Positions 44,164 to 54,549 of a DNA stretch of 64,000 nucleotides are shown here, piece after piece. The notes beneath the pieces are model-generated. The model saw nothing but the letters and a program-made list of their open reading frames with translations, was not told where the DNA came from and did no database searches. The stretch comes from an uncultured delta proteobacterium. GTDB taxonomy: Bacteria > Desulfobacterota > Syntrophobacteria > Syntrophobacterales > Syntrophobacteraceae. The position numbers and the translations under genes were made by a program. The DNA is taken from assembly GCA_963808625.1 (NCBI GenBank), contig CAWEHK010000025.1, positions 1 to 64,000 of the forward strand, in the 5' to 3' direction. The first letter of the stretch is position 1; every line of letters starts with the position of its first letter.

Positions 44164-46225
44164 TAGAGGAGTCCAGGGTTCGCTGCAATTCCTCGAGATC
44201 GGTTATCGGACTGCGGCAGGCCCGGTCCTGACAGAGGTAAACCGTCGGCTGACGGTCGCCTGGCCGCAGATTCTCGGTATATGGGGCCAACGCAGCCAGT
44301 TTCCCGGCATCGTCCTCCCTTCCGCGAAACATCAAAACCCGATTGGGCAGGAACGCCGTATGCACGGCCGCAACCATTTTCCGCGTCGTTTCCTCATCGG
44401 GGTCTCCGGCAATCACGATTTCCTGGCCGGGCCCCAGCGCAAAGTCCACCGCGTTGAGGAATTGCGTGTACGCGGAAGGGAAGTCCGAAACGAGGTGGAA
44501 AAAGGCCCTGAATAAGCGCTCGGCCTTTTCCTCCCAGGCCGGTATTCCCCGTCATCCGGGCCAGGCGCAGGAGATTCAGCGCCGCGATGGAATTGCTCGA
44601 GGGCACGGCGCCGTCATAGATTTCCTTGTCCCGCACAATCAACTGCTCTCCGTCATGAGCCGTATAATAGAAACCACCCTCCTGCTCATCCCAAAAGAGC
44701 TCGAGCATCAGTTGTTGAATGCGGAGCGCCTCCTCAAGATAACGCACCTCGAATGCCGATTCATAAAGCTCAATGAGGCCCCATACCAGGAACGCGTAAT
44801 CATCCGCACAGCCCGGGTGGGCCACATCCCCATGGCGGTAGCGCCGAAAGAGCTTACCGGAATCCCGGCGCAACGAACCGAGGATGAAATCCGCTGCGCG
44901 CACCGCAGCCTGAAGGTGGCGAGGGTCGTGCAAGGCCTGATAACCCTTTGCCAGGGCCGCGATCATGAGTCCATTCCAGGACGTCAGAATTTTGTCATCC
45001 TTCAGGGGATGAAGGCGTTGCTCCCGCGCGGCGAAAAGCTTCCTGTTTGCTTCTTCGAGGACGCTGCCGAGTTTTTCCGCATCCATCCCGACCTCCCACT
45101 GCCCCGCGGCAAAAGGCCTCAGGACATGGGCAATACTCAGGCCGTCTTCAAAGTTTCCTTCCGGGCTGATGTCATAGAAGCGGCAATAGATCTTACCTGC
45201 CTCTTCCCCCAGAACAGCTTTGACCTCTTCCGGCTTCCAGACATAAAAGAGACCTTCTTTCCCTTCGCTGTCTGCATCCTCTGCCGAGTAGAACCCTCCC
45301 AGGGGGTCCGTCATATCACGGAGCACATATTCGATAACCTCCCGGCAAGCCTTCTCATAGGCCGGCTTCCGGGTGACTTGAAAAGCCTCCGCGTAGACCA
45401 TGGCAAGCATCGCCTGATCGTAGAGCATCTTCTCGAAATGCGGCACGAGCCACCTTTCGTCCACGGAATAGCGATGGAATCCGAAACCGACCTGATCGAA
45501 AATCCCTCCATGATGCATGGCGTCAAGGGTTTTTTCCACCATCGCAAGCGCTTCCGATCCGGGGTTGCGGCGGTGCCATCGCAAAAGGAAGGTAAGGTGA
45601 TGCGGACTGGGGAATTTCGGGGCCGGGCCAAAGCCGCCCCACCGCGAATCATACCTCGTACGGAGCTGTTTGTAACCCGTGTCGAGATCCGTTGAACCGA
45701 AGACTCCTCTCCAGTTGCCTGCGACTTTTTCGGCTGGATCGCCTTCGTGATCTCTTCGCCTGCTTGAAGTACCTTGGCGCGTTGGTTCTGCCAAACGTGG
45801 GCCAATTGCAGGATGATGTCGATCAGGCCGGGCATCCCCTGCCGGGCGGACTTCGGGAAATAGCTGCCGGCGAAGAAGGGCTTCCGGTCAGGAGTCATGA
45901 AGATGGACAGCGGCCAGCCTCCACTTCCTCTAAGCGCCTGGCATACCGCCATATAGATATGATCGACATCGGGACGTTCTTCCCGATCTACCTTTATCGA
46001 CACGAAATAGCGGTTGAGGAGCTCCGCTACTCCTTCATCTTCAAATGATTCTCGCTCCATGACATGGCACCAGTGGCAGGTGGCATAGCCAATGGAGAGG
46101 AAGATGGGTTTGTCTTCGGCTGCCGCTCTCTGAAATGCCTCTTCTCCCCAGGGGAACCAATCCACGGGATTGTTGGCATGCTGCAACAGATAGGGGCTCT
46201 TTTCCCGGCTGAGACGATTGGGCAT
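44144..46225 (-). CDS. YyaL/SSP411-like thioredoxin-domain protein (two frameshifts)
   Basis: [36 protein letters not shown]. Confidence 0.93.
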
Positions 46226-46379
46226 GGCATCCACTCCTTTCAACGTCAACGAGCTCCAATGAAAAAATGGAGGGGCAGAGCTTTGTTTCCCTTCCCTCCT
46301 CCAGGGTTTCCGCTCAGAAAGGATGGGTAAGCAGGCTGGACGGCTGCCGAAATGCCATGCTGCCCAAATATGGAAGGTC

Positions 46380-46583
46380 CTAGCGTGGGTCCCTGCCGGT
46401 GCCGGAACCCTCTAAAGTGCACTTCGAAAAATCGATTTCCTTACCACATCCCTTGCAGATATGCGCTTTATTGAATTCGTCGGAAAAAATTTCCTTTTCT
46501 TTTCCACATTCCGGACATTTGCACACAAACGATTGCAGATCTTTAAAGCTCTCCCACCCCGGGCAATGTGCAGGTGTTTTCAT
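46380..46583 (-). CDS. Small Cys-rich (zinc-ribbon-like) protein
   Basis: 67 aa; CPG, CPECG, CKGCG; RBS GGGAGG. Confidence 0.7.
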   Translation of the reverse strand: MKTPAHCPGWESFKDLQSFVCKCPECGKEKEIFSDEFNKAHICKGCGKEIDFSKCTLEGSGTGRDPR

Positions 46584-46660
46584 CGTTCCCTCCCTTTTCG
46601 ATCTCGCCGTCTATGACCCGCTTCCAATAACACAAACTCCCCCATGCCCCCTGGGGACAA

Positions 46661-46852
46661 TCAGTCAGACCCCTCTTCTTGGATGGTCAGTTTGCCCTTG
46701 TGCCTGGTACCGCAACTGGGACAAAGGATTTCCACTTCCTGCTCGGGACCGACGTATTTCTCCTTCATGGTCTCCGGCGCAATGAACGATACATCCCCAC
46801 ACGCGCATTGAGGACACTCACCGTGGACAATGTGTCTTTCCCTCTTCGCCAT
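46661..46852 (-). CDS. Small Cys-rich protein
   Basis: 63 aa; CPQCAC and CPSCG; RBS GGGGAG. Confidence 0.65.
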   Translation of the reverse strand: MAKRERHIVHGECPQCACGDVSFIAPETMKEKYVGPEQEVEILCPSCGTRHKGKLTIQEEGSD

Positions 46853-46992
46853 TGGTCTCCCCCCATATGAATCAGCAATGCCCTGTTCTCTGGTTCAGCT
46901 CTTGTGTCTCTCAAACTCAACCATCAACCTTCACCATCAACTATCAACCATCAACCATCAACCATCAACCATCAACCATCAACCATCACCCC

Positions 46993-47604
46993 CTAGCTCT
47001 TGAGTTTCTCGAGCTCGTGGACCAGCCCTTCCAGGTTCGGTCGGTCGTTGATGTCATGCACATCCACATAGCGGATGATGCCCTGCTTATCGACAATAAA
47101 AACGGCCCGCTCGGAGGTGCCGTTCGAACGCAGGACGCCGTATTTGCCTGCGACTTCTCCGTGCGGCCAAAAATCGGAGAGCACCGCGAACCACACCCCG
47201 CCCATTTGCTGAGTCCAGGCGAAGAGGGTGGGAATGTTATCCACGGTAATGCCCAGAATGACGGCGTCATTCTGCTCGAACAAGCTTTTTGCGATGTTGT
47301 ATCCCGGCCATTGTTCCGAACAAACAGGAGTCCACGCTGCGGGGACAAAGGAGATTACCACATTTTTCTTTCCCAGGAACTGACTGAGCGAAACCGTCTC
47401 CCCGGAAAGTGACGGCAGGCTGAAGTCCGGAGCTTTGTCTCCGGCCTTGAGCTTAGGCTGACTGTCTAAGGGTTTTAACTCTCCCACCGCATAGGTCCGC
47501 CCTTCGAACTGGGCCGAAGCACCAAACGCCGTAGCTGCGGACCACACGAGGGCAAGCAAAACAACCGCTCCGGCAAACCCAAGGGATGCTCTTCTTGTCA
47601 CCAT
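46993..47604 (-). CDS. Exported peroxiredoxin (AhpC/TSA family)
   Basis: Signal peptide; FVPAAWTPVC, LSDFWPHG, ERAVF. Confidence 0.9.
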   Translation of the reverse strand: MVTRRASLGFAGAVVLLALVWSAATAFGASAQFEGRTYAVGELKPLDSQPKLKAGDKAPDFSLPSLSGETVSLSQFLGKKNVVISFVPAAWTPVCSEQWPGYNIAKSLFEQNDAVILGITVDNIPTLFAWTQQMGGVWFAVLSDFWPHGEVAGKYGVLRSNGTSERAVFIVDKQGIIRYVDVHDINDRPNLEGLVHELEKLKS

Positions 47605-47607
47605 CGG

Positions 47608-48240
47608 CTAGGCTCCTTTCTTCATTCCCGATTCTTTAGTGATTAGCTCCAGAAAACTGCGGGGCTCGCCAAACGTTCCCAGTTTTGAATAGATGACCTT
47701 GTGGGAGCCGTCCTGGTTAATCTTGATCACGATGAAATAAGGGGTATTGACCTTTCCCAGGGCGCTATGGATCGAAGAGTCAGGGTCTGGAAAGTGGGGA
47801 AAGGGCATGGCGTAGGCATTCCGGTAGGTGTTGACTTCAAACATGGAATTGCTGGCTCCGATCCCGATCATTTTGATGCGCCCCTTCAGGTCCTCGTTCT
47901 GGTTGATCATGCCGTAGAGCGCCTTCACATTGGGAGCTTCCTTCTGGCAAAACGGGCAATACATACTGAAGATCTCGATGATGACCACCTCGGCCTGGAT
48001 CTTCGGGATCGTGAAGGTCCCTGTGCCGCTTAATCCGAGATATTGCTGCTCTTCCGGCTTTTCCGGGATCGGGAGGCTGATATCCGGGAGCACTCCCCCT
48101 TCCGGCGGGGGCGCATCTGCCGCCTGACAAGGCGGAGTCTGACCGCCGAACCCGCCAACCATGAGCATCAAACAGAACACCATCAAAATCGCTTTCGGCA
48201 TGAGTACGCGTTTCAATGTCATAAACGGTGATCCTTTCAC
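47608..48240 (-). CDS. TlpA-like thiol-disulfide oxidoreductase
   Basis: Signal-like N-terminus; FSMYCPFC, TPYF. Confidence 0.85.
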   Translation of the reverse strand: MKGSPFMTLKRVLMPKAILMVFCLMLMVGGFGGQTPPCQAADAPPPEGGVLPDISLPIPEKPEEQQYLGLSGTGTFTIPKIQAEVVIIEIFSMYCPFCQKEAPNVKALYGMINQNEDLKGRIKMIGIGASNSMFEVNTYRNAYAMPFPHFPDPDSSIHSALGKVNTPYFIVIKINQDGSHKVIYSKLGTFGEPRSFLELITKESGMKKGA

Positions 48241-48337
48241 TTATTGAATTCAAGGAGGATGAGCGGGACTTTTTCGCTCGAGTCTGCTCATCCTACCATT
48301 GACGGCCAGGCGTGGCAAGGACGCAAAGCTGCTCCCA

Positions 48338-48883
48338 TTATGCCCCCGCTCCCGCACCATCCAGTATCTGGTGGCCCTTTTCGAGGAACCAGTTCTCGGT
48401 GTCTTCATAATAGAACTTCAAATCCGCAAGCATCCAGTGATGTTGCCTTTCTTCAGCAATCAGGCGCTCGAGAAAGTTGCGTTCCACGGGGTCCGTCGCT
48501 CCCGCGAAATGTTTGTCGAAGAGCTCAATCGCCTCGTTTTCGAGCAACATCCCCGTCTGGATAGCAGCAAGGTCGTCAAGACAGTCTTTTCGAGCTCTCC
48601 CGCGTTCTTCAGCGATTTTTCTCAAAAAAGTCTTCTTTTCGTCCACTTTGAATTCATGGAACTGGCAGGCATCGGCTGGGACCTTTCCCTTTTTCGCCTC
48701 TTCATAGGCTGAATTGATACGCCCAAGCTGGTCCTCCTCGGCAACTTTCAGCATGCGGAAAGTTTCTTTGCCAACCGCATCCGGGCAATTCTCCGTTGCC
48801 TCATCATAGAAGGCCTTTTTCTTCTCCTTCAAGGCGATGGCGGCGCAAAAAATATCCAGGGTTTTGTCTTGTACATTACTCAT
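48338..48883 (-). CDS. Ferritin/rubrerythrin-like protein
   Basis: AIALKE..FY, AEE, EERQH four-helix pattern. Confidence 0.75.
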   Translation of the reverse strand: MSNVQDKTLDIFCAAIALKEKKKAFYDEATENCPDAVGKETFRMLKVAEEDQLGRINSAYEEAKKGKVPADACQFHEFKVDEKKTFLRKIAEERGRARKDCLDDLAAIQTGMLLENEAIELFDKHFAGATDPVERNFLERLIAEERQHHWMLADLKFYYEDTENWFLEKGHQILDGAGAGA

Positions 48884-49068
48884 GTCAGGCTCCTTCGTAT
48901 CTCGGGTGTTTGAGATGGTTTCGAGTTCTAAAAAACTTGGTGTCTAAAGTATAAGGACGCCCCAGGGAGTTGTCTAGAAACGGCCAGCAAGGAAACGATG
49001 CACTTGAAGCGAACACGAAGTCGATGATTGCTAAAGAGGGGAGAAGACCGAGGACAATCCCGGCATGT

Positions 49069-50022
49069 TCACGATTGACGAGGCATAGAGTGCAAGCCTT
49101 CGCTAAGAATTGCTTTTGCTTTTTCCACATCCTTGGCGATCTGCACGGCTAATTCATCCGGCCCGGAAAAGCGTTTTTCGTCCCGCAATCGTTCGATAAA
49201 ACGCACCCTGATGGACCTGTCATAAATGTTCTCCTGGAAATCAAAAACAAAGACTTCAACGCTCAGTTCGGTCCCCCCAAAGGTCGGGTTGTACCCGACA
49301 TTCGCGGCGCCGCCATAGGTCCTTTGGTCTATTTCCACTTCCACCGCGTAAACTCCGGGTTTCGGAGGGGCCTGACCGGACAGGCTGATATTGGCGGTAG
49401 GGAACCCGAGCAGCCGCCCGCCTCGTTGATGACCCGGCACGACCAACCCTGCGACTTCGTAAGGCCGACCCAGAAGTCGGTTTGCTTCCCGCAAATTCCC
49501 CTCCTGGATGAACTGGCGAATCAGGGTGCTGCTCACCACCGTCCCATCCATTTCCACGCCGGAAACCGTTTCCACGCGGAAGCCGTACTGCTCCCCCATC
49601 CTTTGCAGAAACTCGGTATCCCCCTCACGGCCAGAGCCGAACCGGTAATCTTCGCCAACAATGATCGCCTTGGGCCCGATCTTGCCGACCAGGAGGGTCT
49701 TCACGAAATCGCCTGCAGACATCTGCGCAAACTTCCTGCTAAAGGGGACCACGACGGCGACATCAATGCCGCACAAGGCGATCAATTCCAGCTTTCGTTC
49801 ATGCGGGGTGATGAAAGGCGGTCCCTGTCCGGGCGCCAGGACCTGAAGGGGATGCGGATGAAAAGTGATGACCACGGACTCACCGCTGAGCGTTGCAGCC
49901 CATTCCCTGGCTTTCTGAAAAAGGGTCTGATGGCCGCGATGAACACCATCAAAGTTGCCGATGGTGAGCACCGGATTTTTAAGAGATCTTCGAATATTTT
50001 CAATGCCCTCAAAAACTTCCAT
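49069..50022 (-). CDS. ribF: Bifunctional riboflavin kinase/FAD synthetase
   Basis: GNFDGVHRGH, SSTLIR, GFPTAN, NPTF, LRDEKRF. Confidence 0.97.
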   Translation of the reverse strand: MEVFEGIENIRRSLKNPVLTIGNFDGVHRGHQTLFQKAREWAATLSGESVVITFHPHPLQVLAPGQGPPFITPHERKLELIALCGIDVAVVVPFSRKFAQMSAGDFVKTLLVGKIGPKAIIVGEDYRFGSGREGDTEFLQRMGEQYGFRVETVSGVEMDGTVVSSTLIRQFIQEGNLREANRLLGRPYEVAGLVVPGHQRGGRLLGFPTANISLSGQAPPKPGVYAVEVEIDQRTYGGAANVGYNPTFGGTELSVEVFVFDFQENIYDRSIRVRFIERLRDEKRFSGPDELAVQIAKDVEKAKAILSEGLHSMPRQS

Positions 50023-50119
50023 GCGAGGCTGGTGCTCCTCTGTTGAGAAAAAATAGACCTTGACACTAAAACCTTTTTAACATACGTTACGCACCTCTTG
50101 ATTGCAACGATTTTTGTTT

Positions 50120-50206
50120 GCCGAAGTGGCGGAACTGGTAGACGCGCTAGGTTCAGGGTCTAGTGGGCGTACGCCTGTCGGGGTTCGAGTCCCCGCTTCG
50201 GCACCA
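50120..50206 (+). tRNA. tRNA-Leu (CAG)
   Basis: GCCGAAG acceptor stem, D-loop, anticodon loop TTCAGGG, long variable arm, GTTCGAGT T-loop, CCA end. Confidence 0.97.
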
Positions 50207-50216
50207 GAATAAAACA

Positions 50217-50248
50217 AGGGGTTAGCCAGAGAGTGCTAACCCCTTTTT
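50217..50248 (+). terminator. Hairpin/terminator after tRNA-Leu
   Basis: AGGGGTTAGC-N8-GCTAACCCCT followed by a T-run. Confidence 0.75.
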
Positions 50249-50462
50249 GCTTGCGCCAAGAGCTGCGTGCATGTCGCGTCCGCGCCTGTCAGGGCGGACG
50301 CATGAGCGTTACACGCGGGACTCCATTAAAAAAACGATCGCAGATCACATACGGACTTGAGCCTCCTCAAGCTCGGTCTGTCGTTGATCGACTTCTTGTT
50401 CACCAAGCGGATTGCCAACCCCCGTCGGCTCTTTGGCACCTTCGACCATCTAAAAACCGTCA

Positions 50463-50580
50463 GGGAGTGAAAACCGCCACAACGGAGGGTTGGCGGGTCG
50501 AGCACCAAGTATTCCCCACGGGCGTGGGGATGAACCACGTTATATGGTGCTGAAGGGGCGTAACCATGTGCATTCCCCAC
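50463..50580 (+). CRISPR. Degenerate type I-E-like CRISPR remnant (1 intact and 2 partial repeats, 2 spacers)
   Basis: GTATTCCCCACGGGCGTGGGGATGAACCA at 50509..50537; GCATTCCCCAC exactly 61 nt later; upstream repeat tail ...GTGAAAACCG followed by 32 nt. Confidence 0.7.
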
Positions 50581-50599
50581 CAACCTGGATTATGCAAGG

Positions 50600-51122
50600 C
50601 TAATCTATGCGTGCCCGCAAGCCCAATACCCCGGAAACATAATTGATTGGAGCGTGGTCGGCTAAGTCCCGCAGAAACACAGTGCCAGGCAAAAAGGAAT
50701 GGTGGATGAGATACCAAGCCGCCGCTTTATGACGATCAGCATTGATTGTGTCGTCAGTTGGCGATTCCAGTAGCTGGCCATTTCTGTCTACAAGGTGTAA
50801 GAACAAAGTTGGCATCGGTGAATAGATCTGAAGGATCATCCAGCTCCGTTCCACGAAAGGCGACTACCGCCAGATTGTTCTCCTGCTTGCTGGCAATAAA
50901 CACCGGTGTTCCCCTGTTGCCATAGCCAAGAGCCAGACCTTGATGAAACCCAACCTGGCCAAGATATTGTGCTAAAAGCCTCTCATCTTTGACATAGGCA
51001 AGGCGTGACATCTCAGCGCACAGAGCAGCGTCGGTCGAAATAGAGCCAAGTTCGAAGAAATTGTCCGCCTCACCGGGATGATAAAGCGACTTGCGGCTTG
51101 GATCGTAAGGTATGGACAACAT
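50600..51122 (-). pseudogene. Class 3 lipase with internal deletion
   Basis: AEMSRLAY, VVAFRGT..D..TD joined out of frame to C-terminal DHAPINY; GxSxG region missing. Confidence 0.75.
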
Positions 51123-51303
51123 CTTCCTCTCCTCGTTAAGGTTTGACTGCTTATGGAGTGACGAAAGAGCTCATGGGGCAAGCTCACAATCAGTGAAAAA
51201 AGAGCAGCCAAAAAACCAGTGCGAGATGCTGCGCTGATTTTCCCGCATCTCGATGGTTATTGCAACATCTCTCCACGCAGTTGGCGTGATTAGAAGCGTT
51301 ACC

Positions 51304-52764
51304 GGGGTCAGTTTGAGGAAGGTTCAAAAAAGATCGGCTGAGGAGTCAGAAAAACTTCGGGACATGGCGAATGAAATGTATTAGTAGAGTATGGGAAACC
51401 ATCAAATAGGAGGGCTCCATGCCGGAGAACCAAGGAAAGCTGGAGCGACTTCTGAGCGCCCATCCCGAACTGAGGGAAAGAACGGAGAGTCTGCTGGAGA
51501 TGGTCATCGACTCAAAGGGGGAGTTGGACCGTGCTGATGACGTAGAGGAAGCATTAATTTCGGGATTGCAGCAGATGGGCAAGGAATTGTTGAGCAGTTG
51601 GGCCGAGGAGAAGGAATCCCAGAAGGTAGCCCAATTCCAGGAAGGGGAGAGCAAGGTAAAGAAACACGGTAAAAAAAAGTCCAGTGGTACACGACCTATG
51701 GCGAGATTGAGTTGAGGGAGCGTTGCTTTATTCGAGATGGGAAGCTGGAGCGGCCTTTTTCCTACAGTGCGCAAGTTCACACGAGGGGGTATTCGCTGCC
51801 ATTGCAGCGACGGATCACTGACTTTGGTGCAGATGATTCCTTTGGCAAGATCAGTAAGAAACTACAGGAACATTATGGAATCAGTGTACCGGTGAGCTCG
51901 GCACGCGTGGTAACGCTCAGACACACCGAGCAGATGCGAGAAACAGAAAAGGTGCGAACAGATATTCCTAAGCTCAAGGGCGTTGAGTGTGTGATTGGTG
52001 AGACAGATGGGAGCATGATCCCGATTGTGGACAACACTCCGGAGCCTTCTCCAGAAGGTCGTGTGGATCGGCGCAAAACGAAACAGCTTCGGTGGCAAAA
52101 AGCGTGCCTTACCGTGGCCCATGCGCAAGGCGCGGTGACTTCCTTCTTTGGGGCTACGATGGGAAGCTGTGATGAAGCGGGCAACCGTTTGGTTCACTGT
52201 GCCATCCTCACAGGCATGGGTCAGGAAACGATTGTGTGGGTGATGGTGCTCCATGGATAGCAGAGCAGGTGAATCGAGTATTCGGCCCCAGGGAGACTAT
52301 CTCATTGATTTCTATCATCTGTGTGAATATTTGAGGGAGGCTGCCCACAGTTGTGCTCCTCCAGTCCAGCGACAGGGATGGATTGAGCAACAGAAAACAG
52401 CCGCAAGAGAAAGCCGTATTACCGATATCCTTGCTGCCTTGGAACCACACTCGGAACCCGAATCCGTTTCTAACAAAGATGCTCCGGTACGTTCAGCTTA
52501 TCGCTGCATCAAAAATCGTCTCGATCAGTTTGACTACAAGAGCGCACAAGAAGCCGGGCTTCCAATTGGCTCAGGTGAAGTTGAAGGGGGCCATCGGTCC
52601 GTCATCCAAGAAAGGCTCAAAATCTCTGCCGCATGGTGGAAGGAGGGCAATACTGATCACATGCTAGCTCTTCGAACCCTTCGAGCCAACGAGGACTGGG
52701 ATCGGCACTGGCAAGGCTAAAAATCACCTCAAAGAATAATGCGCCAGTATTTTTAATCGCACCC
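51304..52764 (+). mobile_element. ISKra4/UPF0236-like insertion sequence (transposase in three pieces, 51419..52720)
   Basis: DGSMIP, GDGAPWI, LIDFYHLCEYL, PIGSGEVEG.HR, WW motifs; right end TTTTAATCGCACCC; left end degenerate. Confidence 0.82.
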
Positions 52765-53362
52765 GAATGCAATTGCTCCAGCCGCCCGTCAGAATATCCT
52801 CAAAATACCCAGAAATACACCAAAATACCCGCAAAGTACCTTTGACAAATGTTTGCGACTGATGTATTGGGGTGGCGAAATGATGTGGGAAGTCAGGACA
52901 GCCTCAGATGCCCGCAGGACAGGTCGCCCGATGGCCTCACTGACTCCACCATCTTTGCACAGTGTCTTGCTCTACTCAAACGATAGAATCTCCAGTTCTC
53001 CGAAAGATAATTGTACACACTCCAAGTGAACCATAACGTGGAGTGGTCTCCTTTTTGCGGGTGCTCAAAGATAGTGCTGGGCATTGCAGTTCACAAGAAT
53101 CAGATTTCTTAGATATTTTCTTAGATATTTTGTAGGTGCCAGGCAACTAAATCGGAAGGTGCATGCTGAGAGCCTGGACACTTTTTAAGGTTGTACTAAT
53201 GGTCCGCCAAAGCTGATCTATAGCGCCGAATAGACGATAGGCTCGTTTATTAGGTGTAAGAAATGAAAAAAGGAAAAAGAGATTCGGTGTGCACAGGAGG
53301 CAAGTATCGCTGCTGATCGTGAATTTGGTTTCTCTGCCGATCGGGCTTTCGGAGTTTCCATC

Positions 53363-53728
53363 ATGAACCCTTCGCCATGTTTGGTTGTTATTGCCATGTG
53401 CTGTACCCTCGCGGGGTGTGCCGTTCACTACTCGGACTCTTCAACCGGGGCGGAACATATCTGGGGATTTGGGCACATGGTTATGAAGGCGACGGTCCCG
53501 AATGAGGGCAAGAAGGCAATCGTTCGAGGCGTCAGCCTTTTCGGAGTCGGACTCGGGGTGGAGGAAGGTTCGCCCTTTCTCATCCTGGGGTGGGAGGAAA
53601 GGCAACGGGTGGATATCGTGGATGAGAACACAACGATTTCACTGGATGGTTTCCACAATGATTTTCTAAGACTTCGGATCGGCAGCAAATTTCCCAGCAC
53701 TGACGTCCCAGCAAAGGAGGAGCAATGA
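53363..53728 (+). CDS. Putative lipoprotein
   Basis: Lipobox LAGC after a hydrophobic leader; stop overlaps the next start (ATGA). Confidence 0.7.
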   Translation: MNPSPCLVVIAMCCTLAGCAVHYSDSSTGAEHIWGFGHMVMKATVPNEGKKAIVRGVSLFGVGLGVEEGSPFLILGWEERQRVDIVDENTTISLDGFHNDFLRLRIGSKFPSTDVPAKEEQ

Positions 53729-54513
53729 TGCGTCTATTCTTGAGGTTTGTGATGCTCTTGACGCTGTGCGCTCTGCAGAACGCCTGCACGCTTGGCTACA
53801 ACCGCATGTTGTTCATGACCAAGACCAACGTTGGTCTGGATGTGGACTCAAGGCCACCAACGGCCGAGGTGTCGATAGCCCGTCGCGAGGGATTCATCGG
53901 GCCGAGTTTTGAAGAAGGAAAAGCTTTACCAGTATTCGGGGGCTTTCGTCTTGAAGGCAATTGGTTCTCGCCGAAGATTTCGGGCGCTTTTGCCGGTGGC
54001 AAGGCGGCCATCGCACTTGCGAGATTTTTTGACGATAATACAACGGACGACAACACAACAAGGATATACGTAGAGAAACTAGAAGACAAAATATGCCTGA
54101 GCCAAAAACCTGCCAATTGGAACCCAGGAATCCTCAATGAAGAAGGTTTTGATGCGCGCCCCTTCTTCTTCGCCACGGACACCACATTTGGTCTTAAGGT
54201 TGCGTGGTCTGGAGCGAGTGAGGCTGTCCCTGATTCGTTCAAAATGGGCTACAATCGGAAGGAATTCGCCTATGCTCCGGTTTTCGGGCGGCAAGGTAAT
54301 AGTGGCAAGAACGAACAGTGCGGGTCCAATGAGTACCAGATAAACATTCCTTCGTTCATTGCCACCATCCAGAATGACGTAACCATTGCTACACTTGTAG
54401 CCAGTAACCTGATACATGTTCAATTCTTCGCTACCGGTGAAGCCGCAGTCCAATTATCGGCCAGACCCAAGATCCGTAAATGGTTCGCCCGCCCGCTAAA
54501 CCCTAACCCTTAA
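53725..54513 (+). CDS. Putative lipoprotein of unknown function
   Basis: Signal peptide ending NAC; RBS GGAGG; beta-rich sequence. Confidence 0.7.
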   Translation: MMRLFLRFVMLLTLCALQNACTLGYNRMLFMTKTNVGLDVDSRPPTAEVSIARREGFIGPSFEEGKALPVFGGFRLEGNWFSPKISGAFAGGKAAIALARFFDDNTTDDNTTRIYVEKLEDKICLSQKPANWNPGILNEEGFDARPFFFATDTTFGLKVAWSGASEAVPDSFKMGYNRKEFAYAPVFGRQGNSGKNEQCGSNEYQINIPSFIATIQNDVTIATLVASNLIHVQFFATGEAAVQLSARPKIRKWFARPLNPNP

Positions 54514-54549
54514 GGGCAAATTTGATGTTGGCGACGAAACCTTCACTTA

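Noticed and set aside
44343..45695. 450-aa plus-strand ORF
   Set aside because: Antisense to the well-supported yyaL-like gene
46993..48240. Selenocysteine recoding in the redox proteins
   Set aside because: Active-site positions are Cys codons and the ORFs are uninterrupted
53130..53290. Possible c-di-GMP riboswitch ahead of the lipoprotein operon
   Set aside because: Could not identify the conserved motif or stems by eye
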